Below, in pieces: positions 62,236 to 64,000 of a stretch of 64,000 nucleotides of DNA. Position 1 is the stretch's first letter; every line of letters begins with the position of its first letter. The DNA is from Mobula birostris (lineage: Eukaryota), in contig NC_092374.1 in the NCBI RefSeq assembly GCF_030028105.1, positions 8,918,998 through 8,982,997 on the forward strand, read 5' to 3'. The notes beneath the pieces are model-generated. The model searched no databases. It was given only the letters and a program-made list of their open reading frames with translations, and was not told the origin of the DNA. The translations under genes and the position numbers were made by a program.

Positions 62236-64000
62236 TCATGCCCTCATGACGTTAACAGAGTTCACCAGTGCTCCTTGTAAAACACAAAACCCAACCCAGG
62301 TGCACAAAGCAGTGACATAACCTCCCAGGGCAGTAGAGATCACACCCTGCTCTCCCGGCGCTGTATAAGTCAGTCTCTCCGGGGGATGTCTACGCCTCTG
62401 AGGCCTCTGGACTTCCTCTGCTGACTCTCCCTGTTCAGACACCCCAGGTGACCTCCCGGGCCTATCTGTCGGACCCTCCCCCTCACCGGGACCCCTCAGC
62501 CCCTGTGAGCCCTCTGCCTCAGGTTCTGGTTCCACCCTCTCCTCCCCCAATCCCGGCTGTAATACAAGCGGCTCTGCAACACCCTCCCTCGGTTCCCCTA
62601 ACTCAGTGATGGAAGGGCCAGGAGTCTCTTCTCCCGGCACTGGGGAATCAACGAATGGAAACAGGTACCACACGTCTGAATCATCATCTTCCGATGACGT
62701 ATCCCTTCTCGAGGTGGGGATCGGCCCCGTCTCCTTCACAGCGGGCTCTTCCCTCGCCCCGCGCCCTCGCAGAGTCCTCGTACTAGGCGTAAACTCCCAT
62801 TCGAGCTCTGAGTCTACCTTCACCTCTCGACGCAGAGGCAACAGGTGGTTCCGATGGAGTACCTTGACAGGCCCCTCCCCATCCTCAGGTCTCACCCGGT
62901 AAACAGGGAGATTCGGCATCTGACTCTCTACCACATAGGGGGTGGCTGCCCAACAGTCCGCCAACTTGTGCTTACCAGGTAGTCCTAAATTCCGGATAAG
63001 GACTCGGTCTCCCGTCAATAGCTGGACGAACTTTACTTTCTGATCATACCTCTTCTTATTCCGCTGGTTCTGCTTGGTGGCTGCCGCCTCAGCCAACTCG
63101 TACACCCTTTTCAACTCTCTCCTCGTATCGGACACGTACATCAGACATGGCTTCGAAGGTATTTCACCCGCTCCAGTCCCAAAACACAGATCAGTAGGCA
63201 ACCTCGCTTCCCGTCCGAACATCAGATAGTAGGGCGAGTACCCCGTAGCATCATTGCGAGTACAATTGTAACAATGAACCAAATGGGCAATGTGCTGACT
63301 CCACTTACTCTTCTGTCCAATCTCCAAGGTGTCGAGCATGTCCAGCAGGGTCCGGTTAAACCTCTCGGGCTGAGGATCACCCTGCGGGTGATAGGGGGTG
63401 GCTCTGGATTTCTCAACCCCAAGCATATCCAGTAATTCATGGATAAGCCTGCTCTCGAAGTCCCGTCCCTGATCACTGTGGATCCGCCGGGGAAGGCCAT
63501 AATGAACAAAGTACTTCTCCCACAACACCTTCGCCACTGTAGTCGCTTTCTGATCCTTAGTAGGAAAAGCCTGCGCATATCTAGTGTAGTGATTCGTGAG
63601 GACCAAAACATTCGCGGTATTGCTGGTGTCCGGCTCAATAGACAGGAAATCCATACATACCAGGTCCATGGGTCCTGCACTCTGCAAGTGGGACAGAGGA
63701 GCCACCTGCGGAGGCAAGGTCTTCCTCCTGATGCAACGACTACAGGTCTTACAGTATTCTTCCACCTCCCCCCTCATCTGGGGCCAGTAAACCCGGTCCT
63801 TGACTAATCCATAGGTCTTCTCTACCCCTAAGTGCCCAGAATCATCATGTAGAGCCTGGAGCACAGTCTTCTGATACTTCTCAGGCATGACCAGCTGCCA
63901 GTGCCGGGGGTGGTCCGGAGGCGACGTGACCTGGTACAGGACGTGGTTCTTCAGCTTCAACCGAGGCCACTCCTTCAGTAGTAGGGGAACGGAGGCATGC
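62236..64000 (-). CDS. Gypsy/Ty3 pol C-terminus: integrase (HHCC zinc finger, DDE core, C-terminal domain); ORF runs off the window
   Basis: Uninterrupted ORF with LHDDSGHLG..YCKTCSRC, CMDFL, HSDQGRDFES and PERFNRTL. The frame stays open to 64000. Confidence 0.93.
   Translation of the reverse strand, partial: HASVPLLLKEWPRLKLKNHVLYQVTSPPDHPRHWQLVMPEKYQKTVLQALHDDSGHLGVEKTYGLVKDRVYWPQMRGEVEEYCKTCSRCIRRKTLPPQVAPLSHLQSAGPMDLVCMDFLSIEPDTSNTANVLVLTNHYTRYAQAFPTKDQKATTVAKVLWEKYFVHYGLPRRIHSDQGRDFESRLIHELLDMLGVEKSRATPYHPQGDPQPERFNRTLLDMLDTLEIGQKSKWSQHIAHLVHCYNCTRNDATGYSPYYLMFGREARLPTDLCFGTGAGEIPSKPCLMYVSDTRRELKRVYELAEAAATKQNQRNKKRYDQKVKFVQLLTGDRVLIRNLGLPGKHKLADCWAATPYVVESQMPNLPVYRVRPEDGEGPVKVLHRNHLLPLRREVKVDSELEWEFTPSTRTLRGRGAREEPAVKETGPIPTSRRDTSSEDDDSDVWYLFPFVDSPVPGEETPGPSITELGEPREGVAEPLVLQPGLGEERVEPEPEAEGSQGLRGPGEGEGPTDRPGRSPGVSEQGESAEEVQRPQRRRHPPERLTYTAPGEQGVISTALGGYVTALCTWVGFCVLQGALVNSVNVMRA

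Noticed and set aside
1-64000. Prokaryotic systems (operons, defence islands, rRNA, CRISPR)
   Set aside because: The window has spliced exon structure and vertebrate TE content. No such features were seen.

Overview
This is eukaryotic, repeat-dense genomic DNA, not a microbial window. The CR1 LINEs, V-SINE-type SINEs and Penelope-like elements point to a cartilaginous fish, probably a ray (inference). One host gene can be fully reconstructed on the + strand from splice signals and phase continuity: a six-exon Siglec-15-like receptor (exons 609-666, 18707-19105, 35271-35654, 39151-39181, 42301-42362, 42739-43349; 1545 nt, 514 aa). It has a leader, a V-set domain with the essential Arg (YFCRVE), a C2-set domain and a TM helix lacking the Siglec-15 lysine. 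Its C-terminal tail is an unusual acidic tandem repeat rich in N-glycosylation sequons. A second, disabled Siglec-15-like V exon lies at 59900-60275. The rest is nested mobile DNA: CR1 LINEs (one nearly full length), Rex1/Babar-like LINEs, Penelope-like elements, two hAT transposons with perfect 8-bp TSDs, a Tc1-derived element, solo LTRs and the 3' part of a Gypsy element with an open integrase ORF. The most notable signal outside the ORF track is a set of minimal type I hammerhead ribozyme motifs tied to the Penelope 3' terminus. These include an intact-core copy in a 130-bp insertion with a 14-bp TSD (29799-29928) and a palindrome with two degenerate hammerhead cores (15875-16005). Most listed ORFs are TE fragments or low-complexity artefacts. 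Two N gaps are present.
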